Origin: Anaerolineales bacterium
GTDB taxonomy: Bacteria; Chloroflexota; Anaerolineae; JAAEKA01
Assembly (NCBI GenBank): GCA_034432445.1
Contig: DAOUBX010000204.1
Span: 2,143 to 66,142 of the forward strand
DNA length: 64,000 nt
Reading direction: 5' to 3'
Part shown: positions 39,790 to 48,900 of the stretch, one piece after another
Layout of the letters: each line of letters starts with the position of its first letter
Position numbering within the stretch: the first letter of the stretch is position 1
Translations under genes and position numbers: made by a program
Notes under the pieces: generated by a model
Seen by the model: only the letters and a program-made list of their open reading frames with translations
Told to the model about the DNA's origin: nothing
Databases searched by the model: none

Positions 39790-41631
39790 TCAAGCCGCCC
39801 GGAGCTGGCGGATAGCCTGCGGCAGGCGGCTGAGCAAATCGCCGGCTGTGACGCCGGCCTCACCGAGGTCGCGGCGGGCCAGCTCGCCAGCCAAGCCGTG
39901 CAGATAGCCGCCGAGCACTGCGGCCTCGAACGGCGCAACGCCCTGCGCCAACACGCCGACGATAGCGCCGGCCAGCACATCGCCGCTGCCGGCCGTGGCC
40001 AGGGCCGGGTTGGCGAAGGGCAGCACCACCGCCTGCCCGTCGGGCGCGGCGATCACGGTGTAGGCGCCCTTGAGCAGCACGATCTGGCGCCATTCGGCCG
40101 CCTTGCGCCGAGCCAAGCCCAGCCGGTCGCGGCGCACCTCGGCCGTGGAGCAGCCGCACAGCCGCGCCATCTCGCCCGGGTGGGGCGTGAGGATGCTGCC
40201 GGCCGTTGCTTGTTCGTGCCAGCGCTCCACCTGCGCCAACGCGTTGAGCGCGTCGGCGTCGATCACCAGCGGCAGGCGCAGCTCGGCCAGGGTGGTCGGG
40301 GCCAGCGAGGCGCCGCGGTTGCTGCTCATGATGCCAAAGCCTTGTTCGCGGTGACCCTGTTCAGCAACGGGGGCGGCCGCAGGCTGCGCCGCAACGCCGC
40401 TCAGAAAACCGGCCCCTTTCTTGCGCTCGCTGCCGACTCCTAACAGCCGATGAACAAACTGCACGGCCTCCTTTTCTTGGGTCAGGCCGGGGCCCACCAA
40501 CAGCGCAGCATAGCCGGCTGCGTTTTCCAGCAAGACCTTGACGGCGTCCGGGCTGAGCACGCCCATCGTCTCGGGCAGGAGCAGCCACGTGGACTCCACC
40601 AGCCCGGCGGCTAGAATCGGGTGCAACGAGCCGGCCACGCCCAGCGTGACCAGTCCTGCGCCCACGCGGTAGGCCGCGGCCGCAGCCAGATGCGCCGCGC
40701 CGGTGTAGTTGGCCGAGCCGGCCACGATCATGGCCTTGCCAAAAGTGCCCTTGTGCGCGTCGAGCGGCCGCGGCGGCAGCAAGGTCTTCGCCCATGCCGG
40801 TGTGGCCAGTTGCACCACAACGTCTTCGGCCAGGGCGGGGTCGGTGCCGATGTCAGCCACCTCTAGCCGGCCGCAGGCTGCCGGCCCGTCGCCAACAAAA
40901 TGCCCCACCTTGGGGTTGGCAAAGGTCACGGTCAGGTCAGCGCGCAGCGCAGCCGGGTCTAGCCAACCCGTATCGCAGTTCAGCCCGCTGGGGCAGTCCA
41001 CGGCCACCACCTGCGGCAACGCTCGTTCGGTATACAGCGGCAGATGAAGAAAGTCGAAATCCGCCACAGGCTGCAACGCCAAGGCTGCGCTGTGCGAGTT
41101 AATCGGTTCGGCCTCCGCCGCGTCCAGTTCATCGAGCGCTGCTTCCTGCTGCGCGACACGGTCGGCCAGCCCGTGTCGCACGGCTGCTAGCAGCTCGGCC
41201 AGCGCCCCGCTGATGGGCCGGGAGACGCCGGTGCCCAGCAACGCGTCGATCACCACGTCGGCGTCCAGCAGCAGCTCTTGCAGCTGGGCCAGCTCGGGGT
41301 CTTGCTCGGCGTGAACGATGGGAATCCGCAGCCGGCGCAGCGCGTCGTAGTTGGCGTCGCCCTCGGCGTTGCGCTTCCAGCAGTAGACCGTCACTGACCG
41401 CTTGGGATCCCACTGATGCAGATAGCGCGCCGCAACGAGGCCATCGCCGCCGTTGTTGCCCGGCCCGGCCAACACCAGCACGCCGCCCTCGCTGTCCCAC
41501 GGGTGCATGTGGCGCAGCACGGCAGCGGCCACAGCCCGACCGGCCAGCTCCATCATGGCGTCGTAAGAATGTCCGGCCGCATCGGACGCCCGCTCGATGC
41601 GCACCATCTCGGCCACAGTTACGATTTTCAT
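39790..41631 (-). CDS. nnr: Bifunctional NAD(P)H-hydrate repair enzyme Nnr (YjeF-N epimerase + ADP-dependent dehydratase), with about 90-aa insertion
   Basis: N-terminal MKIVTVAEMVRIERASDAAGHSYDAMMELAGRAVAAAV...AGPGNNGGDGLVAARYL. C-terminal carbohydrate-kinase-like dehydratase domain (...GSGDVLAGAIVGVLAQG). Confidence 0.85.
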   Translation of the reverse strand: MKIVTVAEMVRIERASDAAGHSYDAMMELAGRAVAAAVLRHMHPWDSEGGVLVLAGPGNNGGDGLVAARYLHQWDPKRSVTVYCWKRNAEGDANYDALRRLRIPIVHAEQDPELAQLQELLLDADVVIDALLGTGVSRPISGALAELLAAVRHGLADRVAQQEAALDELDAAEAEPINSHSAALALQPVADFDFLHLPLYTERALPQVVAVDCPSGLNCDTGWLDPAALRADLTVTFANPKVGHFVGDGPAACGRLEVADIGTDPALAEDVVVQLATPAWAKTLLPPRPLDAHKGTFGKAMIVAGSANYTGAAHLAAAAAYRVGAGLVTLGVAGSLHPILAAGLVESTWLLLPETMGVLSPDAVKVLLENAAGYAALLVGPGLTQEKEAVQFVHRLLGVGSERKKGAGFLSGVAAQPAAAPVAEQGHREQGFGIMSSNRGASLAPTTLAELRLPLVIDADALNALAQVERWHEQATAGSILTPHPGEMARLCGCSTAEVRRDRLGLARRKAAEWRQIVLLKGAYTVIAAPDGQAVVLPFANPALATAGSGDVLAGAIVGVLAQGVAPFEAAVLGGYLHGLAGELARRDLGEAGVTAGDLLSRLPQAIRQLRAA

Positions 41632-42239
41632 TGCAATGTTGGGTGAGTGATCTTTGGATGCAGTTCCGCTAACCGTAATAGGCAGCGATCTAGGCTGGCG
41701 GCGCGTCGTCTGGCAGCTTCAATGTTCCAGCGTTGTGCTACGAAGGCTTGCATCTCGCTGACATAACCTGGCCCCACGACAGCCGAAATCCCTTGCTGGG
41801 GAACAAGTGCTTGTGCAGCCTTACGGCGGCTGCGCCGGGCGAGATTGACAAGGGTCTGCTTGGGATCGGCCAGGCGCTCCGGGTCATCAGGCACAACTGC
41901 GCCTGAGATGCCAAGAAGACTCCCGATTCCTAGGTGGTCGGCTAACAGCCAGCTTTCGATCTCGTTGACGACCACGCGTAGCAGGAGTTTTGAACTCCGA
42001 TTGGGCAACCAGGCCGGTAGCACCGCCGGTGGGCAATCGAGGCCGGTATCCATGAAGTCCACCAGCATCAGCATGGGATTGCCGTAGCTGGCTCGAACAT
42101 TGAACCCGGCCACTTTCTGACGGAGATACGACACGCCTTGCTTGCCGAACGTTGTACCCGCTTGATGGCCCGTGTGGTGGATCAAGCGCCGTGCAACAGC
42201 TTCGTCCAGCGGTCCTTCGACCAGAATATCGATAACCAT
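41628..42239 (-). CDS. DUF4276-like protein (predicted Toprim-like partner of the upstream ATPase)
   Basis: 203 aa. N-terminal MVIDILVEGPLDE (conserved Glu in a Toprim-like strand) and downstream acidic cluster MLMLVDFMDTGLD. Start shares 1 nt with the ATPase stop. Stop overlaps the nnr start. Confidence 0.55.
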   Translation of the reverse strand: MVIDILVEGPLDEAVARRLIHHTGHQAGTTFGKQGVSYLRQKVAGFNVRASYGNPMLMLVDFMDTGLDCPPAVLPAWLPNRSSKLLLRVVVNEIESWLLADHLGIGSLLGISGAVVPDDPERLADPKQTLVNLARRSRRKAAQALVPQQGISAVVGPGYVSEMQAFVAQRWNIEAARRRAASLDRCLLRLAELHPKITHPTLQ

Positions 42240-43372
42240 CAGCCGAACTCAAGGGCAAGCTGTTCGACGTTCTGGGGAGCCGCCTTGGGCATCAGCACAT
42301 CGGCCACCGTTAGCCCAGCTCGTAATGCCTGGCGGTCTGCCTCATCGACTGGTGCAAACACCGTGCCATCGGAGCTTGGTTCCAGACGCAGAACTTCCTC
42401 GCTGCCGATGCTCGGATCTGACAGCAAGTCTTCGGAATGGGTCGAGATGATCATCTGTCGGGGTGCCTTGAGTTGACGGTTCATGCGGTGGAGCACTGCC
42501 GGTAGGCGACGCACAATCTCCGGATGTAGCGAGATCTCTGGCTCCTCTAGCAACAGGGGACCTGATCCATCGAAAGCTGTCCAAAGCAGCCCCAGTAGTC
42601 TGAGTGTGCCATCTGAGAATTGGCTCTCGTTTTGTCTGGCTGCGTGGGGGCGCCAATGGGAGTAACCGCCTTCCAAGTGAGGCACGCCTGCGTCATCCAT
42701 GACCGCTCTCAACTCTGTGAGTTGCGGCACAGCAATCCGAAGCGCTTGAGAAATCTTGCGTAGACGAGCATCGCGCGTCTTGACAGGTGTTTGCCATAAT
42801 CGCAGCAGCAGGTCGCGGCCGTAAGGATCATTCGACACTGGCAGAGGCGAAAACCCGCGCGGATCACGTACGACCTGCGGCAGCAGGTGCTGGTAGGAAA
42901 TCGACTTGAAGAAGTCAGCCAGTTCCCGAAAGTCCTGGTTGGCGGAAATCTGCTGCAATGCTGTTTGGGTCAAACGAACTGGATCGCGCTGATCCTGCTG
43001 ATCAGGCCGATCAAGGATTTTGATGCTGTTCCTCCATACTGTTTCGCTCTTAACCGTGGCACGCCGCTGTTGGTCCTGGTTGAATACCAGTCGGTATTTC
43101 CAATCAGCGATTCCTGGATCCGCCACGTCGACTTCGATCAAGATGTCGCTGTGGCGCGTGGCCGACAGACAGCGAACTGTCGAAACGCCGCCGCGTCCAT
43201 CGATAGCCTTTTCCAAACCATCCAAGGCCACATCGCGCAAAAAGCGAAAAGCATCCAGCAAATTGGACTTCCCCGAGGCGTTGGGGCCGATGATAAATAC
43301 CCGAAGTTGTAAGGGAGCCTCGACGTTCTTGAAGTTCTTCCAGTTGCGCAATTTGATGCGGCTAAAATGCAT
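42239..43372 (-). CDS. AAA_21/ABC-type ATPase (OLD/AriA/GajA-like ATP-binding protein)
   Basis: Start at MHFSRIKLRNWKNFKN, preceded by GGAGGAGGG RBS. Walker A IIGPNASGKSNLLDA. C-terminal H-loop ISTHSEDLL. Long coiled/insert region between them as in SMC-like AAA_21 proteins. Confidence 0.75.
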   Translation of the reverse strand: MHFSRIKLRNWKNFKNVEAPLQLRVFIIGPNASGKSNLLDAFRFLRDVALDGLEKAIDGRGGVSTVRCLSATRHSDILIEVDVADPGIADWKYRLVFNQDQQRRATVKSETVWRNSIKILDRPDQQDQRDPVRLTQTALQQISANQDFRELADFFKSISYQHLLPQVVRDPRGFSPLPVSNDPYGRDLLLRLWQTPVKTRDARLRKISQALRIAVPQLTELRAVMDDAGVPHLEGGYSHWRPHAARQNESQFSDGTLRLLGLLWTAFDGSGPLLLEEPEISLHPEIVRRLPAVLHRMNRQLKAPRQMIISTHSEDLLSDPSIGSEEVLRLEPSSDGTVFAPVDEADRQALRAGLTVADVLMPKAAPQNVEQLALEFG

Positions 43373-43393
43373 AGCTCCCTCCTCCAAAGGTTG

Positions 43394-44050
43394 TCAGATA
43401 ACAGGCGGAGTCGCTTGCTTGTCTTGTGCAAGCCACCACGCCAAGAGACCCGTCAGCGCGGCGCAGGCCAGCAGGATGCCGGCGTAATAGAGCTGAATGG
43501 CCGACGACGTGGACTCGCCGATGGGGTTGAGGGGATGGCGCAGGACGCCGGTGCGCAGGTTGAGCAGCAGCACGGCCGCGCCGAGGGCGAAGTTGGCCAG
43601 GGCATGCAGCCGGTCATCGTCAATCAGACGACGCACAAGGATGATCAGCAAGCCCACACCGATGATCTGCAAGCTCATGCGCGTGCGCGGCTCGTCGAAG
43701 GCGATCCAGACACCCCAGGTTTCGTGGGTGGGGATGACGCTGAGCGCAAAATGAACCACAAAAACGATCATACCTGCGACTTGAACCGCGTTGGACCAGC
43801 GCATCAGCGCCGGCCGCGGTTGGATCAGGTAGACCAGCGCGGGCAAGGCGGCCAGCATCAGCGCGTACAGCCCGACCCGGGCCAGCGCGCCGTGCAGATA
43901 GATGACCTTAATCAGGTTACCCAGTTGGGCCTCGGCCGGCGACAGGATCAGCAGCACAGCCAGCAGCGCCAGCAGGACCATTGCCACGACCAGCGCTCGT
44001 TTGGGAGTCAACAGAGGCGATCTTTGGGGGTGAATGAACACGTCAGTCAT
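43394..44050 (-). CDS. Membrane protein of unknown function (5-6 TM)
   Basis: Start at MTDVFIHPQRSPLL, with hydrophobic helices throughout. 22 nt upstream of the ATPase gene. Confidence 0.45.
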   Translation of the reverse strand: MTDVFIHPQRSPLLTPKRALVVAMVLLALLAVLLILSPAEAQLGNLIKVIYLHGALARVGLYALMLAALPALVYLIQPRPALMRWSNAVQVAGMIVFVVHFALSVIPTHETWGVWIAFDEPRTRMSLQIIGVGLLIILVRRLIDDDRLHALANFALGAAVLLLNLRTGVLRHPLNPIGESTSSAIQLYYAGILLACAALTGLLAWWLAQDKQATPPVI

Positions 44051-44238
44051 GGCGAGAGTATACCACAGCCGCAACCATGCAGCCAAGCACCCGCCGCGTC
44101 CGCACAAAAAGCCGCCGTGGTTTGACCATAAGCGCGGCGTAGACTATACTCTGCTTTAGCCCATTACCCGTGCCTGGCGACTAACCACCAATCTACCAAT
44201 CTACCAGTTCCCCTTTTTTTTAAGTCTGCTTCCCGCCC

Positions 44239-45960
44239 ATGCTACGCACAGTTCCAGAGACGATCAACGAAGAAGTCGACCTCTACATTCGCACCTACTA
44301 CTCACTGTTGCGCAGCACGCAAGCCATCCGGGTGCGTTCGCTGGAGGAAACGCACGCCGGCATGCGCGCCAGCTTGCACCCCAACGCCGACGACCCAGAG
44401 CCCGACATCTCGGCGTTCACCTATGCTGCGGCGCGACTGCCGTCCTGCATGCCGCAGGTCAAGCTCGTGCTACTGGGGCAGTCGGACGAGGTGTTCCTGC
44501 GCCGCGGCCGCGTGGACATCAGCCGCTGGCAGCGGGTCTATGCTGCGGCGCGGCGGCGCAAGATGTTCTTCGACGGCCAGGATCGGCTGGCCTGTTACAT
44601 CTCCAGCGTCAGCGACATCGACGACCTGATCCCCATCTTGACAGCCTATCAGATCGAGTGGAACAAGCTGCACTATCGCTTCAGCACATCAGATGCTGCT
44701 GCACGGCTGCGGAGGTTGGCTGGGCCGGTCGAGCTGGCAGCGCAAGACCTGGAGGCGATCCGCGCCGCACTCGGCTTGGAAGTGGAGCCATTCCAGCGGT
44801 TGTGCCAGGCCTGGCGCAAAGACTTGAGCGATAGCTTCCGCCACCTGGCCGAGCACCCCAGCGATCTGAGCCTGAACCTGTTGGCGGGCTCGGTGGCCGA
44901 CTATCGCCAGGCGGTACAGGCCTGGTGGAGCAGCGTGGCCGAGCAGGCCAACCTGGGGCCGCTCTATGATCGCTCGATCTACTTCGTCTCCAGCAATCCC
45001 CACGCCATCCCAAACCTGCTCAGCGGCTTTGCGCGGCTGCACCGTGATGCCCTGCTCACTTTTCTGTATCAGCACAATCCGGAGGGTTTGTGGGATGAGT
45101 GGCAGCGGCTGGCAGATGAAGGCAACGCGGCGGCGCAAGAAAACCTGCTGTACTACGTCCAGCGCAACTTTCTGCAGGCCGACCCTGCGCGCCAGCAGGA
45201 GTGGCTGGCCCACGAGGCGGCCCTAGGAATCCACCGCATCGACAACCCCCACTACCTGGACGTGGGCGCGCAAGTCATCGAGCTGGGGCGGCTGGACCCA
45301 GCCCTTTTCGACCCGCGTCTGCGCATGCCGGGCTTGGAAAAGCTGCGCCGCAGCCAAGACTTGTTGGTCAACGTCGATTACCCGCTGGGCATGGCGGCTT
45401 ACCACCTCTTCTCGCAGATCTCCGCCGCCGTGCCCGACCTGCTGGGGGTGTACATCATGGGCAAGGCCGCCACGCTCAACGGCCGCGTGGGCGACGTGAT
45501 GATCCCCAACGTGATCTACGACGAGCATTCCAAGAACACCTTTTTGTTCAAGAACTGCTTCGAGGCGGCAGACGTGGCGCCGTATCTGCAATACAGCACG
45601 GTCTTTGACAACCAGAAAGGCGTCACTGTGCGCGGCACCTTCCTGCAGAACCGCCAGTTCATGGCCGTCTTCTACAAAGAGGGCTACACCGACATCGAGA
45701 TGGAGGCCGGGCCGTACCTGAGCGGTATCTACGAGGACATTTACCCGCAGCGCTACCCGATTAACGAGATCGTCAACCTGTTCATCAACGCGCCCTACGA
45801 CATCGGCGTGCTGCACTACGCCTCGGACACGCCCTACAGCCGGCGGCAGAGCCTGCTCAGCAAGAGCTTGAGCTACTTCGGCGTCGACGCCACCTACGCT
45901 GCCAGCATCGCGATCATGCGGCGGATTTTGCAGGTGGAACTGGCGCGATTGGGTGGATGA
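44239..45960 (+). CDS. AMP nucleosidase-like protein (N-terminal regulatory-like domain + C-terminal PNP_UDP_1 phosphorylase-fold domain)
   Basis: The C-terminal region LLVNVDYPLGMAAYHLFSQISAAVPDLLGVYIMGKAATLNGRVGDVMIPNVIYDEH and later DIEMEAGPYL / VLHYASD align motif-for-motif with E. coli Amn (LVNIGVGPSNAKT...PDVWLMIGHCGGL...GDYVLAHAYLRDDH; IDMESATIA; LCVSD). 573 aa versus 484 aa for Amn. Confidence 0.5.
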   Translation: MLRTVPETINEEVDLYIRTYYSLLRSTQAIRVRSLEETHAGMRASLHPNADDPEPDISAFTYAAARLPSCMPQVKLVLLGQSDEVFLRRGRVDISRWQRVYAAARRRKMFFDGQDRLACYISSVSDIDDLIPILTAYQIEWNKLHYRFSTSDAAARLRRLAGPVELAAQDLEAIRAALGLEVEPFQRLCQAWRKDLSDSFRHLAEHPSDLSLNLLAGSVADYRQAVQAWWSSVAEQANLGPLYDRSIYFVSSNPHAIPNLLSGFARLHRDALLTFLYQHNPEGLWDEWQRLADEGNAAAQENLLYYVQRNFLQADPARQQEWLAHEAALGIHRIDNPHYLDVGAQVIELGRLDPALFDPRLRMPGLEKLRRSQDLLVNVDYPLGMAAYHLFSQISAAVPDLLGVYIMGKAATLNGRVGDVMIPNVIYDEHSKNTFLFKNCFEAADVAPYLQYSTVFDNQKGVTVRGTFLQNRQFMAVFYKEGYTDIEMEAGPYLSGIYEDIYPQRYPINEIVNLFINAPYDIGVLHYASDTPYSRRQSLLSKSLSYFGVDATYAASIAIMRRILQVELARLGG

Positions 45961-48580
45961 AATGCTGCTCCTGCTTGTTAGCGTCTCTGTGCTCTTTATC
46001 GGTTCTGGCCTGCTCGCTCACTGGCTGCACCGCCGCGGCCGGCCGGACTGGCGCCAGGATGTGCTGGCGGCCGGGCTGTTGGCGCTGGCCTGCCTCGGCT
46101 ACTTCTGGCGCATTCTCCTCGGCGACGCCTGGATGCCGGCCGACGGCGGCGACCTGATCTCCTTCCTCTGGCCAACGTATCGCTTTGCGGCGGAGAGTCT
46201 GCGCAACGGCCAGCTACCTCTCTGGAACACGCACCTCTACGGCGGCGCGCCACACGTCGCCGACATCCAGGCCGGCTTCCTCTACCCGGTCAACCTGCTG
46301 CTGTTCTTCCTCCTGCCCGATTTCAGCACCAAGGCCATGCAGACGCTCAGCATCCTGCACTTCTGGTGGGCCGGGCTAGGCATGTACGTCTTCTTGCGCA
46401 GCCTGCGCTGGGGGGCGGAGCGGCAGGAGCAGGTGAGCCGGCCGGCCAGCCTGCTGGCTGGGATCGCCTTCGCCTTCTCTGACCCGTTCTGGGTGCACTT
46501 CGGCAACCTGAACTTCATCGCCGTGGCCAGCTGGCTGCCATGGGTGATGGCGTGCTACATGCGGGCGTTGGAAGAGGGAAAGGAAGGAAAAGAGGGAAAG
46601 GAGGGAAAGAAGGGGGAGGATAGACAAGTAGATAAGGGAGCGGGTAGACAAGTGGACAAGGAGGCAAGTAGACAAGGCGAGGGTGCAGAGAACGACGAAG
46701 AGCGTTCACCGATCACCGTTCACCGATCACCGATCACCGTTCACCGTTCCCTGGCCTGGGCTGCGCTGGCTGGGCTGTTGCTCGGTATCGGCACCCTCGC
46801 CGGACACATCCAGGCCACGTTGTTCATCGGCATGGCCGCTGCGATCTACGGCGCGTTCTGGGTGTTGGGTGGAGCGAGCGCGCCCTACTCCCGAGCAGGG
46901 GGAGGTCGAGAGAGAGTCGTGCGCTATCTCGCCAGGCTGGCCGTCCTGGCCGCTGTCGCTTTCTTGATCGCCGCGCCGGTGCTCTTGCCCGCGCTGCAGT
47001 TGACGCAGTACACCACGCGCGCCAACTGGAGCTATCAGGAGACCGTCGGCTATTCCCTGTCGCCGGCGCAGTGGATCGGCTTTGTCGTCCCCGGCTTCTT
47101 CGGCCGCGGGCCGCAGCTACACTGGGGCCTTTGGCCGCGCGTGGAAGTGGGCTATCTGGGCATTCTGCCGCTCGCGCTGGCCGCGCTGGCGCTCCTGGCG
47201 CGGCGAGAGCGCCACATGTGGGCGCTGACCGGGTTGAGCGGAGTGGCTTTTCTCCTCTCCTTGGGCATCTACAGCATCGTGCACGGCTGGTTGACACTGC
47301 TGCCCGGCTTTGATCTGTTGCGCGCGCCGGCGCGCTTTGCCCTGCTGGTGGACTTCGGCCTGGCTGCGCTGGCCGGCGTGGGCTTGCACGTGCTGCTCAG
47401 CTCGCTCAGCGACGGCGCCGCCTGGAAAGCTGTTACCCGACTGGCCGATGGCCTAGGCTGGCTGGCCAAGGCCGTTGTGGCTATTGTCGTACCGTTGACC
47501 TTTGCTGCGCTGCTCTTGGCCCAAGACAAGGACCCCACGGTCTACCTGCGGGTGGCCGTGGCCGCCATTGCCGTCATGCTGTTCGTAGGCTTTCTGCTGG
47601 CGAGCTGGGCGTTGGTTGCGGCGCGCCGCAACGGCTGGGCGCAGCCGGGCACGCTGGCTGTGCTGGCCATTAGCCTGGTCTTTCTGGACCTCGCCAGCAC
47701 CGGCGCCTACAACGACCTGGGCGGCCAAGACCCCGCGCGCACCTTCGACCAGCCGGCGATCGCAGCCTTCTTGGCGCAAGAGAACGAGCCCTTCCGCATC
47801 GATGCCCGCACCGACATCGATCAGCTCTGGCAGCCCAACACGGGGCTGCTTTACGGCTTTGATGACGTGTGGGGCGTGGTCAACCCCTCGATCCTCGCCG
47901 CCTACGAGCGCTATTGGGAGGGCATGGGCAGCCGCTCCAGCCGGCTCTACGACTTCCTCAACGCCAAGTACGTCATCGCGCGCAAGGATGTCGTGCTGGA
48001 CTGGGAGAAGTTCGAGCTGGCCTTCGACGGCGACCCTGACCTGAACGTCTATCGCAACCGCGCCGCCTTGCCGCGCGGCCAGATCATCCACGAGGTACTG
48101 GCGGTGGACACGCCCGAGGCGGCGTGGGACGCCGTGCACGCCACAGGCTTCGATCCTGGCCGCCAGGTTGTGGTGGAAGACACCGGCCAGGGCGCGCTAT
48201 GGATGCCGCCGACGGGCGCGCCCAGCCCTGGCGCCGACGAACACGTCACCTGGCTTAAGCGCACGCCCACGCAACTGGTGTTGGAGGTGACGGCGGCCGC
48301 GCCAGGCTATCTCGTGCTGAGCGAGGCCTGGTATCCCGGTTGGCAGGTCCAGATCGGCGCCGATGGCCGGTGGAGCGACCTACCTGACGCCGTCGTTCGC
48401 GCCAACACGGCCTTCCAAGCTGTGCCCTTGACCCGCGCCGGCGCGTATCAGGTGCGTCTGCGCTTTGCCCCTCTGCCCTGGCGCGTGGGTTTGTCTCTTA
48501 GCGTTGTCAGCGTGCTCGGCCTTGTCATTGTGGCCGGCGCGCTGCGGCGGCGGCGCCCTCTACACCGTCTGGACGTATGA
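45953..48580 (+). CDS. YfhO-family membrane protein (putative glycosyltransferase of cell-envelope glycopolymers) with in-frame low-complexity insertion
   Basis: 875 aa. The N-terminus and multi-TM architecture match YfhO. It overlaps the upstream gene by 8 nt. Residues about 205-265 (EEGKEGKEGKEGKKGEDRQVDKGAGRQVDKEASRQGEGAENDEERSPITVHRSPITVHRS) are encoded by tandem DNA repeats. Confidence 0.75.
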   Translation: MDEMLLLLVSVSVLFIGSGLLAHWLHRRGRPDWRQDVLAAGLLALACLGYFWRILLGDAWMPADGGDLISFLWPTYRFAAESLRNGQLPLWNTHLYGGAPHVADIQAGFLYPVNLLLFFLLPDFSTKAMQTLSILHFWWAGLGMYVFLRSLRWGAERQEQVSRPASLLAGIAFAFSDPFWVHFGNLNFIAVASWLPWVMACYMRALEEGKEGKEGKEGKKGEDRQVDKGAGRQVDKEASRQGEGAENDEERSPITVHRSPITVHRSLAWAALAGLLLGIGTLAGHIQATLFIGMAAAIYGAFWVLGGASAPYSRAGGGRERVVRYLARLAVLAAVAFLIAAPVLLPALQLTQYTTRANWSYQETVGYSLSPAQWIGFVVPGFFGRGPQLHWGLWPRVEVGYLGILPLALAALALLARRERHMWALTGLSGVAFLLSLGIYSIVHGWLTLLPGFDLLRAPARFALLVDFGLAALAGVGLHVLLSSLSDGAAWKAVTRLADGLGWLAKAVVAIVVPLTFAALLLAQDKDPTVYLRVAVAAIAVMLFVGFLLASWALVAARRNGWAQPGTLAVLAISLVFLDLASTGAYNDLGGQDPARTFDQPAIAAFLAQENEPFRIDARTDIDQLWQPNTGLLYGFDDVWGVVNPSILAAYERYWEGMGSRSSRLYDFLNAKYVIARKDVVLDWEKFELAFDGDPDLNVYRNRAALPRGQIIHEVLAVDTPEAAWDAVHATGFDPGRQVVVEDTGQGALWMPPTGAPSPGADEHVTWLKRTPTQLVLEVTAAAPGYLVLSEAWYPGWQVQIGADGRWSDLPDAVVRANTAFQAVPLTRAGAYQVRLRFAPLPWRVGLSLSVVSVLGLVIVAGALRRRRPLHRLDV
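46570..46750. repeat. Composite tandem-repeat block inside yfhO: (GGGAAAG)n, (TAGACAAG)x4, (GTTCACC/GATCACC)x7
   Basis: GAAGAGGGAAAGGAAGGAAAAGAGGGAAAGGAGGGAAAGAAGGGGGAGG, then GATAGACAAGTAGATAAGGGAGCGGGTAGACAAGTGGACAAGGAGGCAAGTAGACAAGG, then GTTCACCGATCACCGTTCACCGATCACCGATCACCGTTCACCGTTCC. The purine richness is very atypical for this genome. Confidence 0.7.
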
Positions 48581-48900
48581 CATGGCGCGCGGCGTGGCCG
48601 AGCTCAACGCCTGCCTTTGAGCTGACCAGCCAGCGAGGCCGCCACGTTACCCGATATCCTGCTATGCTGGCGGGTGGCGCAGGCCATCGCGCAGATCTCG
48701 CCCCGGAAATACTCGTGCTTGACGTCGCTCTGCCGGCCGAAGGCCAGGTACTCGGCTGGTGTCGAATAGGTTTTGGCACTGCGCTCTTGGGCTGTTCCTT
48801 ACTGCTTGTCCAGGACCGACGGTGCTGATCTGCCGCAGCCGCTTGCCCAACGCGTCGAAACTGACCTCAGCCTGGGCCAACACCGTCAGTTCTACCGCCG

